DNA of 64,000 bases from Octopus sinensis (taxonomy: Eukaryota). How positions within the stretch are numbered: the stretch's first letter is position 1; each line of letters opens with the position of its first letter. The notes under the pieces were generated by a model, which saw only the letters and a list, made by a program, of their open reading frames with translations, had not been told where the DNA came from and searched no databases. The stretch spans positions 38,068,001 to 38,132,000 of the forward strand of contig NC_042998.1 of NCBI RefSeq assembly GCF_006345805.1. The letters run 5' to 3'. Positions 40,611 to 53,420 of the stretch are shown here, piece after piece. The position numbers and the translations under genes are program-made.

Positions 40611-41467
40611 TACAGGGTGCTATGTGTAAATTGTCACAATATTATTTTTTAATTTCGCATATGCGATTGTTTATTTTTGATTTTGTCAACTACACAGTAT
40701 AGTAGGGTCAGTTAGGCATCATCTGTGAGAAACACAGCACTATGATGCAGTTCACCCTGCCAGAACATTGGGAACGATATGCTGTACTACTTGGCATTCC
40801 CACCGGCAGCTCCAGTATGAACATTTCAGAATGTTTGGGTGTCAATCTGAGGACAGTGCAATCTGAGAGTGATAAAAATCAAACATCCAGTCAACATCAT
40901 GGTGTTTGGCGTGATCGCTAGTGATGGCGACTTTATGCCTCCATTCACCTCCCTACACAACCTCAAACTCAACACGAAAGCCTACACCAAGTGCCTAGAA
41001 GAGGTAGTGCTGCTCTTGGTCAAGAGGGTGGCTGCTGGACTCTGCCCCATGCCACACAAGTAAGAGAACCCAGTCATGGCTGTCAGACAATTTCTGCTAC
41101 CACACCATCCCTAACATCTGGTTACGTAACTCCCCAGACTGCAACTCCTTTGATTATAATGTGTGCGGTGCATTTGAGCGAGAGACCACCAAAATTCCTT
41201 GTAACACCAAAGATGAACTGAAGGCAAAGATTATGGCAGCATTCACCAACTTAAAGAAGGACACCGTCCAAACGAGTAGCATGAGATTCCGAAGTCGTCT
41301 GGAGGCTGTGGTTGAAGCCAACGGTGATATTATTGAATAAATTTTCTCTTTAGCATTTCAAGATATTTTTTATGTAATTTTGGTAGATATTTCTGTTAAA
41401 ATGTTGTTTTAAGTATTATTTTTATTTTTACGTAATTTAGACGACAATGTATTCACCGCACTCTGTA
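40611..41467 (+). mobile_element. maT/DD37D Tc1-mariner element, internally deleted
   Basis: TA-flanked ends tacagggtgc...cactctgta; peptides VMVFGVIASDGDFMPPF and WLRNSPDCNSFDY; same family as the copies at 62278 and 63083. Confidence 0.85.
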
Positions 41468-41933
41468 TGTGCATGCATATCATTCATATCTACCTATATG
41501 TTTATCGATATACATGTGTGAGTGTGCATGTAACAATGTATACATTTGTTTGTTCATTCCAAAGTTTTCTGAGTTGTTGATAAGTTAATCTTGGATCGTA
41601 AAGTACAGTTCTTCTTGTTTTTTTCTTTATGTAAGAAATATTTCACTTTTAAATATGAACAGCTAAAACGAGATGTAAGCGATATTCAACTTAACGTTAA
41701 GGAAAGGTGAAACTAGCTTGTTGTCTACTTGCTGAAGAAGTTCCTGTGTTTTCAATCCCGGGTCTAGTTTCACAGAACCGTGAATATATTTTTAAACGCA
41801 TTCTATACGGCTTCCATATATATATACTGATTCCCGTGAGGAACTCCTGTGTGTGTGTATTGAAATAAAATGCTATGCGTTTATTTTATGCCATCTATAA
41901 TTGCAAATGCATGGGTTATAACTAAACCGATAT

Positions 41934-41968
<35 letters not shown>

Positions 41969-43157
41969 TAGTGATGTTTGCACTACTTGACAGATATCCG
42001 TTTCATATTTACTAAAATTTAAAAAACATTCTTCTCTTGGAATATGGATATGCAAATTTGCATTTCCTGTACTTTTCCCTCGCAACGCTGCTGAGTGGAT
42101 GTGGATATTTTATAGAAAATACTTTTCGCCATCAGTGTTAAGCTCTCAAATACACTGAAATGACTACGCATATAATTTTTCTCTGCTGTCGGAAAATAGA
42201 AGAGGATGATCTTAATTATGTTGGATATAGCAGAGTAATTTAGAGAACTTGTATGCCAGGTCAATATAATGAAGAATTCCATATATGTAAATATGATCTT
42301 TTATTCGTGTATTTTTGTGTGAGTCTAACACCTTAAGGGACAAAATACGTGTCTGGTACTTTTAAGCTAGGTGCGGTAATTGTCTCTCTTCCGAAAAGCA
42401 CACACGGCGTTCCGAAATAAAAAAAAAAAAGAAAAGAAAATCAGAAAGGTGAAAACAGTCAACAGCCATCAAAATAAAAACTAATTATTATTCTGTTTTC
42501 TTTATCGCATCCTAATTGTTATAAATATCTCTTAACATGCCACAGAATAATTAATCCAATCAAAACGATCAAGTCACAGAATAAATTAAGCCGCACCCCC
42601 ACCTTTAGAACTTGTTACTGGTCTTTTAACAAATCGATAATTGTGCTCTGCTCTGTTGCTCTGTGTCAAAATCCGATTCACGTAAGATGAACTCGCAGTA
42701 ATTATATCCTTAGATTAAACAAACACTATCTTGACGATAGTGTTGCGAATCGGTATCATGCATTTGTTCATTAGCGTCTTTGCCGAAGCCACAGCTAACA
42801 GAAGAGAAACACCAAGCGTCACCGCTGAAACAGATGTCATGCTATCGAACAGTTAATATTAATATATGCAGTAGGAATCTCTTTGGCCCCGATCACTTTT
42901 ACTTCATCGATTCAACAGGGAGCTTTGCCATACATAATTTTCTCTATAATATGCTCTAATTAATGCCCATCAGATTTCCGCAAAGGGCTCTACAGTAATT
43001 AAACTTTGGAAAATACTGGGAGTCACTATATTCCGAAATAGGGGTAATGTTATTGCCATACATAAAGTTCCTAATTGCTGTTTATTCGATATAACGTTCG
43101 GCATAAAATTAAAAACTCCATTAGGTATTAACAATTCGCATTAAACATTCGTGTTAC

Positions 43158-43158
<1 letters not shown>

Positions 43159-43218
<60 letters not shown>

Positions 43219-43222
43219 TATA

Positions 43223-43270
<48 letters not shown>

Positions 43271-43355
43271 ATCGTCATCATCATCATCATCATCATCATC
43301 GTCGTCGTCGTCGTCGTCGTTGTCGTTGTTGTTGTTGTTGTTATTGTTATTGTTA

Positions 43356-43428
<73 letters not shown>
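43159..43428. repeat. Compound (ATT)(ATC)(GTC)(GTT)(ATT) microsatellite
   Basis: Direct tandem repeats. Confidence 0.95.
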
Positions 43429-43431
<3 letters not shown>

Positions 43432-43743
43432 TAGTTTTATTTTTTATAGCGTGCTTTCACTTCACTACCGAGCGGAGCTCTGCGTGCCTTGGGTATGCGC
43501 TGTGATTTGTTGTGATGCTCTGATGGTTACTGTATTAAAAGTGTTCTGCGTAGGATGTGTGCAGTGCCTAGTAGTGCAATTTTCTGTATGTTATATGTGT
43601 TTGTAAGTCCTGGTGTTTTTGTTATGTATTTGTCTGAATATTTTTTTATCATGCCTAATGCACCTACTATGATAGGAATTGTTTCTGTTTTCAGATTCCA
43701 CATTCGAGTTACCTCTATTTCCAGGTCTTTGTATTTTGAAAGT
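43429..43743 (-). mobile_element. 5'-truncated R4/Dong-clade copy, family 1 (~315 bp)
   Basis: Near-identical (about ten differences by eye) to 44905-45217; bounded by (ATT)n on both sides. Confidence 0.92.
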
Positions 43744-43772
43744 TATTATTATTATTATCATTATTATTATTA

Positions 43773-43843
<71 letters not shown>

Positions 43844-44057
43844 AAAGCATTGAGCTGGCAGAATCGTTAGCACGTCGGGCGAAATGCTTAACAGTATTTC
43901 GTCTGTCGCTACGTTCCGAGTTCAAATTCCGCCGAGCTCGACTTTGCCATTTATCCTTGCAGGGTCGATTAAACAAGTACTAGCACTGGGGTCGGTCGAT
44001 GTAATCGACTTAATCCCCCCCCCCAAATTTGAGGCCTTGGGCTTGCAGTAGAAGGAA
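43844..44057 (+). mobile_element. tRNA-derived SINE, family A, with ATT/GTT tail
   Basis: gagctggcagaatcgttagcacg...gagttcaaattcc...gcagtagaaggaattattattgttg. Confidence 0.9.
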
Positions 44058-44081
44058 TTATTATTGTTGTCGTTGTTGTTT

Positions 44082-44418
44082 TCTCAGAACATTCGGTCTC
44101 GTTTGTTCTGGTTGCTTTTGTGAGAGCGGACAGCAGCCTATTGTCACAGGTCTCACAGGGTCTCCTTCGGCCCATTGTAAAGCTTTGATACTTGATTGTT
44201 AATTATCGCGGGAGGCATTCGATATTCAAGTACAAATCTCAAAGTATGACACCTATATTCCTCATCTTAGTCCATTTAGTTCTAGCAGCCATATAACGAC
44301 CACCGGGCCTGGGTTGCTCACCCACAGTGCACCTGTAATTCCGCCCTCATTTACGGGTTAATTCTATCATTCGTTAATCTCATGCAGAGGAAAGGTTTGA
44401 TAAAGTGCCACAACCACC
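44082..44418 (-). mobile_element. Putative short non-autonomous R4-clade element (unique structured head plus family 3 3' end)
   Basis: 44082-44250 is homologous to the last codons and 3' UTR of 44443-44724; 44250-44418 is non-coding and GC-rich; ATT/GTT tracts on both sides. Confidence 0.55.
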
Positions 44419-44442
44419 AATTATTATTGTTGTTGTTGTTTT

Positions 44443-44904
<462 letters not shown>

Positions 44905-47900
44905 CAGTAGTTTTATTTTTTTAGCGTGCTTTCACTTCACTACCGAGCGCAGCTCTGTGTGCCTTGGGTATGTGCTGTGATTTGTTGTGATGCTCTGATG
45001 GTTATTGTATGGAAAGTGTTCTGCGTAGGATGTGTGCAGTGTCTAGTAGTGCAATTTTCTGTATGTTATATGTGTTTGTAAGTCCTGGTGTTTTTGTTAT
45101 GTATTTGTCTGAATATTTTTTTATCATGCCTAATGCACCTACTATGATAGGAATTGTTTCTGTTTTCAGGTTCCACATTCTAGTTACCTCTATTTCCAGG
45201 TCTTTGTATTTTGAGAGTTTCTCCATTTCTTTTAGAGACACGTTGTCATCTGCCGGTATTGATACATCAATTAGAAAGCATTTTTTTTCTTCATGATCTC
45301 TGACAACTATATCTGGTCTGTTGGCCTTAATTTCTCTATCTGTGTGTATCGGCATATCCCAGAGTATGGTTGCTTTCTCGTTTTCTGTGACCTTTTCTGG
45401 TGTGTGCCTATACCATCTTTTTTCTGTTGTTATTCCATAATGTTGGCATAGCTTCCAATGTATGTAGGTTCCAACTCTGTCATGTCTGTGAATATATTCC
45501 TTCTTAGCCAAGACTGGGCAGCTAGAGATAATATTATTTATTGTTTCTTGTCCATCTCCACATATTCTGCAGTTACTTGTAATATTTCTTTTCATTACAT
45601 GTTTTTGGTAATTTCTGGTGGGGAGGCTTTGGTCTTGTGCTGCAATTAAAAATCCCTCTGTGTCTGCTTTGAGTCCTGAGCTTCTCAACCATTGCTGGGA
45701 TTTTTCTTTGTCTATTTCTTTTGCGTTTAGTTTAGTGCAGTATTTACCATGAAGGGGTTGCCATCGTTTTATCATGGCTCGTTGCTGTTCTATTTTTAGT
45801 TTGGATTTCATTTGTTTTATAGCTTTTGTTGTTTCTTCATCATCTTCTTCTTCTTCTTTGTGTTTATTAGGTGGTATGATTTCTTGTTTGTATTTGTCAG
45901 CTTCCTTAAATACTGAGAACAGTTTTTTGTTTTGCTCGTGTTTTGCTGCTATCTGGATGAGTTTTCCTTCCTTCTGAAGTAGGTATTTTTGCAGTCCTAT
46001 GGTGGTTATTTTATAGTAGTTTTCCAGCTGTATAAGGCCTCTACCACCTGCTATACGTTGTATATATAGTCTTTCTATGTCAGATTTTGGGTGATGCATC
46101 CTAGATCCTGTCAGTATTTTTCTTGTTTTCCTATCTATTTTGGACAGTTCATTTCGTGTCCAGTTAAGGATATTGTAGCTGTAACTTATAACTGGGACAG
46201 CTAAAGTGTTGATACCTATTATCTTGTTTTTAGCATTGAGCTCTGTTTTTAGTATTGATCTAACTCGTCTATAATATTCTTTTTTTATTTTCTCTTTCAT
46301 TTGTGTGTGTTGTGTCTTATCTAGTTCATGGATTCCTAAGTATTTGTAAGTTTGGCTTTGGTCTAATTCTTTTATTTCATTGGTTTTATCTAGTGTGATG
46401 TTGTTACTCTTAACTAGTTTTCCTCTTTTCATGGTTACTTTGGCGCATTTTTCTAATCCAAATTTCATATCTATTTCTTTGGTAAATCCATGAACTGTCT
46501 TTAATAGTGTTTCCAGCTGTTTGTCATTTGCAGCGTATAGTTTTAGGTCATCCATATATAAAAGGTGGCTGATCGTTTTGCCGTAACATTTATATCCGCA
46601 TTCAGTTCTATTTAGCATATCAGATAGAGGTGACAGTGCCAAGCAGAAAAGGAGTGGAGAGAGCGTGTCTCCCTGGAATATTCCTCTTCTAATGGGGATG
46701 TCTTTGGTTTTCATGAGTCCCTCTTTTGCTTGGAGGTGTAGGACTGTTTGCCATTTATTCATAGTGTGCTCTATGAATTTTATGATTGTTGGTGCTACTT
46801 TGTTAATGGCTAGTGTTTCGAGGATCCATGTGTGGGGGATGCTATCAAACGCCTTTTTGTAGTCAATCCAGGCCATACTGAGGCCTTTCTTCTTTCTGTG
46901 GCTGTCTTCAGTTACGGCTTTATTAATCATTAGTTGATCTTTACAGCCATATGAGCCCTTGCGGCATCCTTTCTGCTCTTCTGGGAACAGTTTTTTTCGT
47001 CCAGGTGCTTGTTCAGCCTTTGCGATATCACTGCAGTAAATGCCTTGAACATAGTAGGGAGGCAGGTTATTGGTCTGTAGTTTTCTGGTTTTTCTGTTTC
47101 ATTTGATTTGGGAATTAAGATGGTTTTCCCCTTCGTGAGCCATTCAGGCATTGTCTCTGGCTCTGCTAGTATGCTGTTAAAGTTTTCAGCCAGCTTTTTG
47201 TGCATTCCTGTTAGATATTTCAACCAGAAGTTGGGGATCTTGTCATGCCCAGGTGCCTTCCAGTTGCTTAGTTTTTGCAGTGCCTGGGTGACCTCTTCAG
47301 TTGTTATGGGGGTCCAAAGTTGTTCAGATGCCGAGTTTGTTATTTTCATACTCCTTTTTTTTGGCTGTTCGTTCGCCGACCATATTTCTTTCCAGAATTC
47401 TTCCGATTCTTCTGCCGTTGGTGCTGCAGTGACTTCTACTTTATTTTTGCCCAATTCTTGGTAGAACTTTTTGGGGTCGGAGTTGAACTTTTTGTTCTGT
47501 TCAAAGAAGCGTTGGCGTTTCTCGTACCGGCGGATCCTTTGAGCTTTGGCAAGGATATCTTGCTTCAGCTTTTCTTTTATCTCCGGCAAATCTTTTTCTG
47601 TGATGTTATATTTGCGGAGCATTTTTGTTCTCTTTTTGTTGCTCAGTAGCGTTGCTTGTTTGCTGATTTCATTAAGAATCGACAGGTCTTTTCTATTTTT
47701 TTTTTTTTGTTTTGGATGTTATTTATCCACAGGGTTTGTTTGGGTGGTGGTACTCCTGTTTGGGCGGGTTTGGGTGAGTATCCAGCTTCTTTTGTGGCTG
47801 CAGTGGCTGCTGCGTATATCAGGTCATTTAGTTCAGTGATATCACTTTTTTTTGTTTCAGTGGCTAGTTCAGTGACGGCTAGGTTTATGTTGTTTATAAT

Positions 47901-48859
47901 TGGTGTTGTTATTGCGTTTATTTTTATTCTTGGGAGGTATGGTCGGTGGTCCATTTTGAGCTCTGTGGTTTTTAGTTCTTTGATTATTTTATTTTTTATA
48001 TTATCATAATCATTAGGCTCCCCTTCGTTGTTTACATCGTGTTTGTTGGGAATGTTGCGTTTGTCTTCGTGTTTTACAGTTTCAGTGTTTATATTATTGG
48101 GCATTGTTGTGTGGCTTCTATCTACATTTTCCTGGTGTATTTTTTCTTTTAAATGTTCTATTTCTATTTCTGATATTTTTTTGGCTTTGAGAATGTATCT
48201 TCGTACGTTAGCTAATTTATTAGGGTTCATTGCTGTATCCAAGTTTATATCTCTATTATTTTCCTTCCATATTTTATATGTATGTGTTGTTGTATTTTCA
48301 TTTTGTGGGTAGAGCATTGCTGTGAAGTATGCGTGTAAGATAGAAATGTATTCCTCACGTGTCCATTTACGTCTTTTGGGTTTTAATTGCGGGACATGAG
48401 GTACAACGTCCGGCCCATTATTTTGACGGTCGTCATTTTCGTAGGGTACCGGTCCGTTTATTTCTGTTGTCACATTATTTCGCACGTGTAGTTTTTCGTA
48501 CATTTTTTGTTGTAGGTTTAATGTACGTACCGCTCGATTGTTATTCTTGGGTTGAATAGTATCGGTGGCATTTAATTTCTTCGTAGTTCCTTTGTACTTG
48601 GTGTTTGAGGTCGGGGATGATCGTGTTGTTCCACGCATGTTTACATGTGTTGTGTTAGAGGTGGAGATAATATCGAGTCAAAATACATCATTTCGTTTCG
48701 AAAATAGTAATAAATTTCAATTCGTATTACTTACTCGGATATAGTCCAATTCTTTGTTAGTAAATCTTTGGCTCCATAGGGTGTCCTTGTTTTCGATGTT
48801 TGTGGATAGATTTCGGAGCTCTGTATTTTCCTTCTTACATCTTAAACGTCCCCGGTGTC
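44905..48859 (-). mobile_element. Near full-length R4/Dong-clade RLE non-LTR retrotransposon, family 1
   Basis: ~220-bp 5' leader, one long ORF broken by frameshifts, ~100-bp 3' UTR running into (AAT)n; flanked by ATT tracts. Confidence 0.93.
45002..48638 (-). pseudogene. R4-clade polyprotein (Myb-like N-terminus, RT, CCHC knuckle, PD-(D/E)xK endonuclease), frameshifted
   Basis: RRKWTREEY Myb-like motif; WIDYKKAFDS, GIFQGDTLSPLLF and HLLYMDDLKLY RT motifs; CRICG knuckle with H to N change; RHDRVG, RPDIVV, IDVSIP and KYKDL RLE motifs; frameshifts near 47700 and 46970. Confidence 0.92.
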
Positions 48860-48947
<88 letters not shown>

Positions 48948-48985
48948 CATTATTATTATTATTATCATTATTATTATTATCATTA
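48860..48985. repeat. (ATT)n/(ATC) tract
   Basis: Direct tandem repeats separating the two long R4 copies. Confidence 0.96.
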
Positions 48986-51900
48986 CTTTTTTTTTTCTTC
49001 TTTCAAATTTGCTTCCATTTCTTGCCGAGTGTCTTCCCGACTCCTAGGGCAAAGAAACTCATAGTATATATTGGTAGGCCATTAAACTAAACTCAATAGA
49101 TAGAAATAAAGTTAAATTTGATAGAAATAAAGTTAAATTAAAATACATGAGCAGCAACAGTTCTCACATCGACAATGCTCTTCTCAATACGTGTGATGTA
49201 CCAGTTAAGACAATATTTTGCACTTCTTGCAGGGATGGTAAGCCAGGGATCATTCTCATATAATTTTCGGTTCCCTTCTTGATCATTCCTAGTGCTCCTA
49301 CGATCACTGGTATTTTAACCGCCTTGAGATGCCACATTTTCTCAATTTCAATGAGTAGGTCTTTATATTTTCTGAGCTTGTCAAACTCTTTCGCTGAGAT
49401 ATTATGATCACAGGGGATGCTCATGTCGATCAATAAGCAAACTTTATTGTTTTGGTCTTTCACAACAATATCTGGTTATTGGCCTTGATGGTTCGGTCTG
49501 TATGTACTGGAAAGTCCCACAGAATGGTTACATTTTCTCCTTCAGTTACAGCCTCAGGGTGGTGATTATACCACTTGTCGGCAGTTTTGATATTGTAATG
49601 CCGACTTATTAGCCAGTGTAGATATTGGCCAACTCTGTCATGTCTTAATTTATACTCCACTGGTGCCAAGACTTTACATCCAGAGATTAGGTGGTCCACT
49701 GTTTCAATCATGTCGTTGCAGAATCGGCATTTTGGGTCTGCTCCATTTTTCATCACATTGGCCTGGTAGTTCCGGGTTAATAGGCTTTGATCTTGAGCAG
49801 CCAGGATGAAACCTTCGCTCTCTGCTTTTAGCCCTGAGCTCCGTAGCCACTGATGGGTTTGCTTCTGGTCAACATCAGCTTGTTTGCTGCGGGTCACATA
49901 TTTGCCGTGCAGAGGTTTCTCCTCCCACCTATCAGCCAATTGCTCGTGCGCTTTTTTCATTGCCATCATTTTCACCTTCTTTGCAACAATAGTTGCCGTA
50001 CTTCCCTCGGGTTGTTCAGTTTGGGTATCCTGCACGAGATCAATAGCAATTTTTTTGCTTTCCTTGATGATAGAATGAAGCTTCTTTCGTCTCTCGTGAT
50101 TTTCCACGAGCTTTAGCATCCAGTCATTCGATATTTCGAGATATTTGGCCAGTCCAATTGTGGTTGTTTTGTAAGCTAGTTCAAATTGGATCAGGCCTCG
50201 ACCTCCTTGGGCTCTGGGAAGGTAAAGGCGATCTACGTCTGCCTTTGGGTGGTGCATCCTATTACAACTCAGCAGCTTGCGTATTTTCCTATCTATATTC
50301 TTTATTTCACTCATATTCCAGTTCAACACATTGTAGCTATAAGTAACAACTGGAAAGGCTAAGGAATTTATAGCTAACACCTTGTTACGTGCATTTAGTT
50401 CAGATTTCAGGGCTGCACGAACTCTCCTATAACATTCCTTCCTGATCTTCTCTTTCATGCTTGCATGCTGAATACCAGAGCCTTCATTTATCCCTAAATA
50501 TTTGTATGTTTGTTCTTGCTCAAGCTCTCTTATGACTGTGTCAACATCTAACACGACTGAATTTGTGGTCTTCACTTTCCCTTTCTGGAAAGTGGCCTTG
50601 GCACACTTCTCAAGTCCAAACTCCATCCCGATGTTATCGCTGAATGCTTTCACGGTGCGCAATAGGCCTTCAAGTTCATTATTGTCTTTACCATAAAGTT
50701 TTAAGTCATCCATATAAAATAGATGGCTTACTTTTTTATTGGCAATTTTATACCCATACCCTGTTCTGTTTAATTCACTTGTAAGGGGTATTAGGGCTAT
50801 GCAGAATATTAAAGGTGAAAGTGAGTCACCTTGAAAAATTCCACAGTTGATGTTTATATTTTCTGAGGCAAGTACTCCATTAGAGTGGTATAATTGGAGA
50901 TTCGTATTCCACAACGACATATTGTGCTTCAGGAAGTTTGAAATCACAGGGGAAATTTTGAAAATGTCCAGCGATCTCAAGATCCATGGATGTGGTATAC
51001 TGTCGAAGGCCTTTTTATAGTCAATCCATGCGGTGCTGAGATTTCTGCGCTTGTTGTGACAGTTCTCAAGGATCATACGATTGATTAGCAGTTGATCTTT
51101 GCATCCGTAAGAGCCTCGGCGGCACCCTTTTTGTTGAATGGGGAAAATATCGTTCTTCTCCATGAATGCATATGTTTTCTCCGCCAGGATAGATGTTAGG
51201 ATTTTATACGTGATGGATAGACAGGTTATAGGCCGATAGTTTTTTGGAAGGTTGGTTTCGTTATTCTTTGGGAGTAGGTAAGTACTGCCACTTGCTAACC
51301 ATTCAGGTGTTTTCTTTGGGTCTCTCATAATTCCATTGAGCAGCTGAACTAGCTTACCGTGTGCGCATGGGAGCGATGCGAGCCAGAAATTCGGCACCCT
51401 ATCTTTACCGGGGGATTTCCAATTATGGGCCTTCGTGAGTGCCTTTCTTAGGTCTGCTATTGTGATGTCTTCCCATGCTTGTTGTTGTAAATTTTGGTAG
51501 GATCCTTCAGTTTGTATAATCCAGTCTGCATTTATGTTGTACGTCTTCTTGTCACTCCAAATACTTTTCCAAAAGTTTTGAACTTCTTCCATGGGAGGGG
51601 GGTCTTTAACGGTTACTTTCTCCTTCCCTATTTCTCTGTAGAATTTTTTGGCATTGGATGTGAACAGCTTATTTTGCTTGTAAAACTTGTTTCTCTTCTC
51701 AAATCTTCGTATTGTTTGGGCTTTTGCTTGGACTTTTTGTTTCAGCGTTTCTTTTATTGATATCAGTTCTTCTCTTGGTGAGGATCCAAATTTTCTCTTC
51801 ATCTTTCTTCCTGTTCTGGATCTTACATCATTTCCACATATTAGTTCATTTAATATTGATATTTCCCCTCTCATAAATTCAATCTCTTTTTCAATTTTAC

Positions 51901-52377
51901 TTCTCCAGGTTTGATTTCTTCCCAGGTTTTGTTTTCTTTGTTTTTTCGGGGGCATACAGCTGGTTTCAATTGCCCTAGCAGAAGCGTAAATAATTTCATT
52001 TAACTCAGTAAAATCAGGTTTTAATTCTCGTATTATTTCATTTCTTACATAGTTGCCAATTTGGATTTGTTTTTTATTTTGGTTTGTATTTGAGAGTTTA
52101 TGAAGTGGTTCTCTATCATTCATACTTGTATGTCTTACAACTTCAAGCGTATTCAGGATTTTCTGCCTCATTTCTGCCATAGACTCTCTGTGTTCTTCAG
52201 CAAATGCGAGATATCCAGCTACTGTTGTTTTTTCGTTTACCTGGCTATCTTTAACAGGTACAATAGAATTTCTTGTATCTTCAGGCCTTTGCGTACTTTG
52301 GTCAGATGGCAGTCTTTCAATTAAGCCTCGTGGCGGGCTATACTGTTCATCTGATTCTTCATTTCCTTTGTGTCTTA

Positions 52378-52378
<1 letters not shown>
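48986..52378 (-). mobile_element. R4/Dong-clade RLE non-LTR retrotransposon, family 2 (lacks the Myb-like N-terminus, probably 5'-truncated)
   Basis: Clearly diverged from family 1; ~180-bp 3' UTR with a duplicated gatagaaataaagttaaatt unit; ATT tracts on both sides. Confidence 0.92.
49164..52378 (-). pseudogene. R4-clade RT-CCHC-RLE ORF with a single frameshift near 49480
   Basis: GIFQGDSLSPLIF, HLFYMDDLKLY, intact CRFCNDMIETVDHLISGC, RHDRVG. Restoring one base in AAT AA(A) CCA GAT rejoins the frame to KDQNNKVCLLIDMSIP...KYKDL. Confidence 0.9.
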
Positions 52379-52449
<71 letters not shown>

Positions 52450-52500
52450 CATTATTATCATTATTATTATTATCATTATTATTATTATTATTATTATTAT
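52379..52500. repeat. (ATT)n/(ATC) tract
   Basis: Direct tandem repeats; read as poly-Asn in the predicted 1065-aa ORF. Confidence 0.96.
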
Positions 52501-52949
52501 GACTTTTTGTAATTATCTGTACTTTCATTGAAGTTATAATCTCCTGGAAGTGGGAATGAGAGATAATCTCAAGAATCAAGGTTTTTCCAAAACTAACATG
52601 ACATAGAGAAGATATCGGTAGTGACTGTATGGAGACAAATGTCATCGATGTACTCATGTTTCTGCCTCATTAGATGTCATCAGCAATTGTCCTACTTCAT
52701 CTTCAGTAGCCTGTACGCCTGTACACTTGTACATTTAGAAAACAATAATAAAGTACAGTTGTGGATCCGATGATTCGCATAAATAAATGCCAAATGATTT
52801 AAGGGAAAAAAGCTCAAGTGCTAAATACATGTAACTAACCAAAGATGCAAGCGCGGGTATATTAAATGGCAGAAAATATAAATTTGATTAAATGATCAAA
52901 TGATCTCCACTTCCATGTTTTGTGAAATAATTGTTTAGAACCAACTCGG

Positions 52950-53420
52950 AATGAGAAAGAGATATAATCTCATGAATGAAGAATTGCGAAGAACAAATAA
53001 TAAGATCGCATTCAAGCAAAGACAGTGTGAATGTTTCGAGAGGATGGTAACAAATTCCCTGCAATGTAATGACAGTAATGTCATAGTAGGTTGCTACTTG
53101 AATACATTGTCTAATTTGGGAGTCTTAGACATGAGTTAAATTAATAACAGCAGCCCGCACATGATGCAGTTATGTTCAAAGTTCAGTTCTGTGATGGGAA
53201 TTCCAGTTTGACCAGAAGCTCAAGTGGGAATTTACCTGAACACACCTTCAGTCCAAAGTGAATCGATTTATTGACTTTGGTGCAACAGGTAAATATTCTA
53301 TTTGTTGTCATTCTACTGTTAAATAGTTTCACGGGATTAGGTGCTGGCCGGGATAATTGTCTATTAGGAGTAAAGCCAAAACTTGTTGTTAGGAAAAGAT
53401 TACAGGGTTAAAAGATTTAA
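52950..53420 (+). mobile_element. Possible degenerate PLE GIY-YIG endonuclease remnant
   Basis: SLQCNDSNVIV and HTFSPK*ID resemble the C.S.NV.Y and L.T..P.G.N motifs; very degenerate. Confidence 0.25.

Noticed and set aside
44250-44418. HDV-like or twister ribozyme in the head of the short R4 derivative
   Set aside because: There is partial resemblance (acccaggcccgg, gaggg, ctaa), but I could not build P3/L3/P1.1 or the twister pseudoknots, so it is left as an unclassified structured head.
52379-52657. N-terminal extension with poly-Asn in the predicted 1065-aa ORF
   Set aside because: The poly-N is the (AAT)n target tract and the upstream 50 codons have no R4 homology, so the ORF is a chance read-through chimera.
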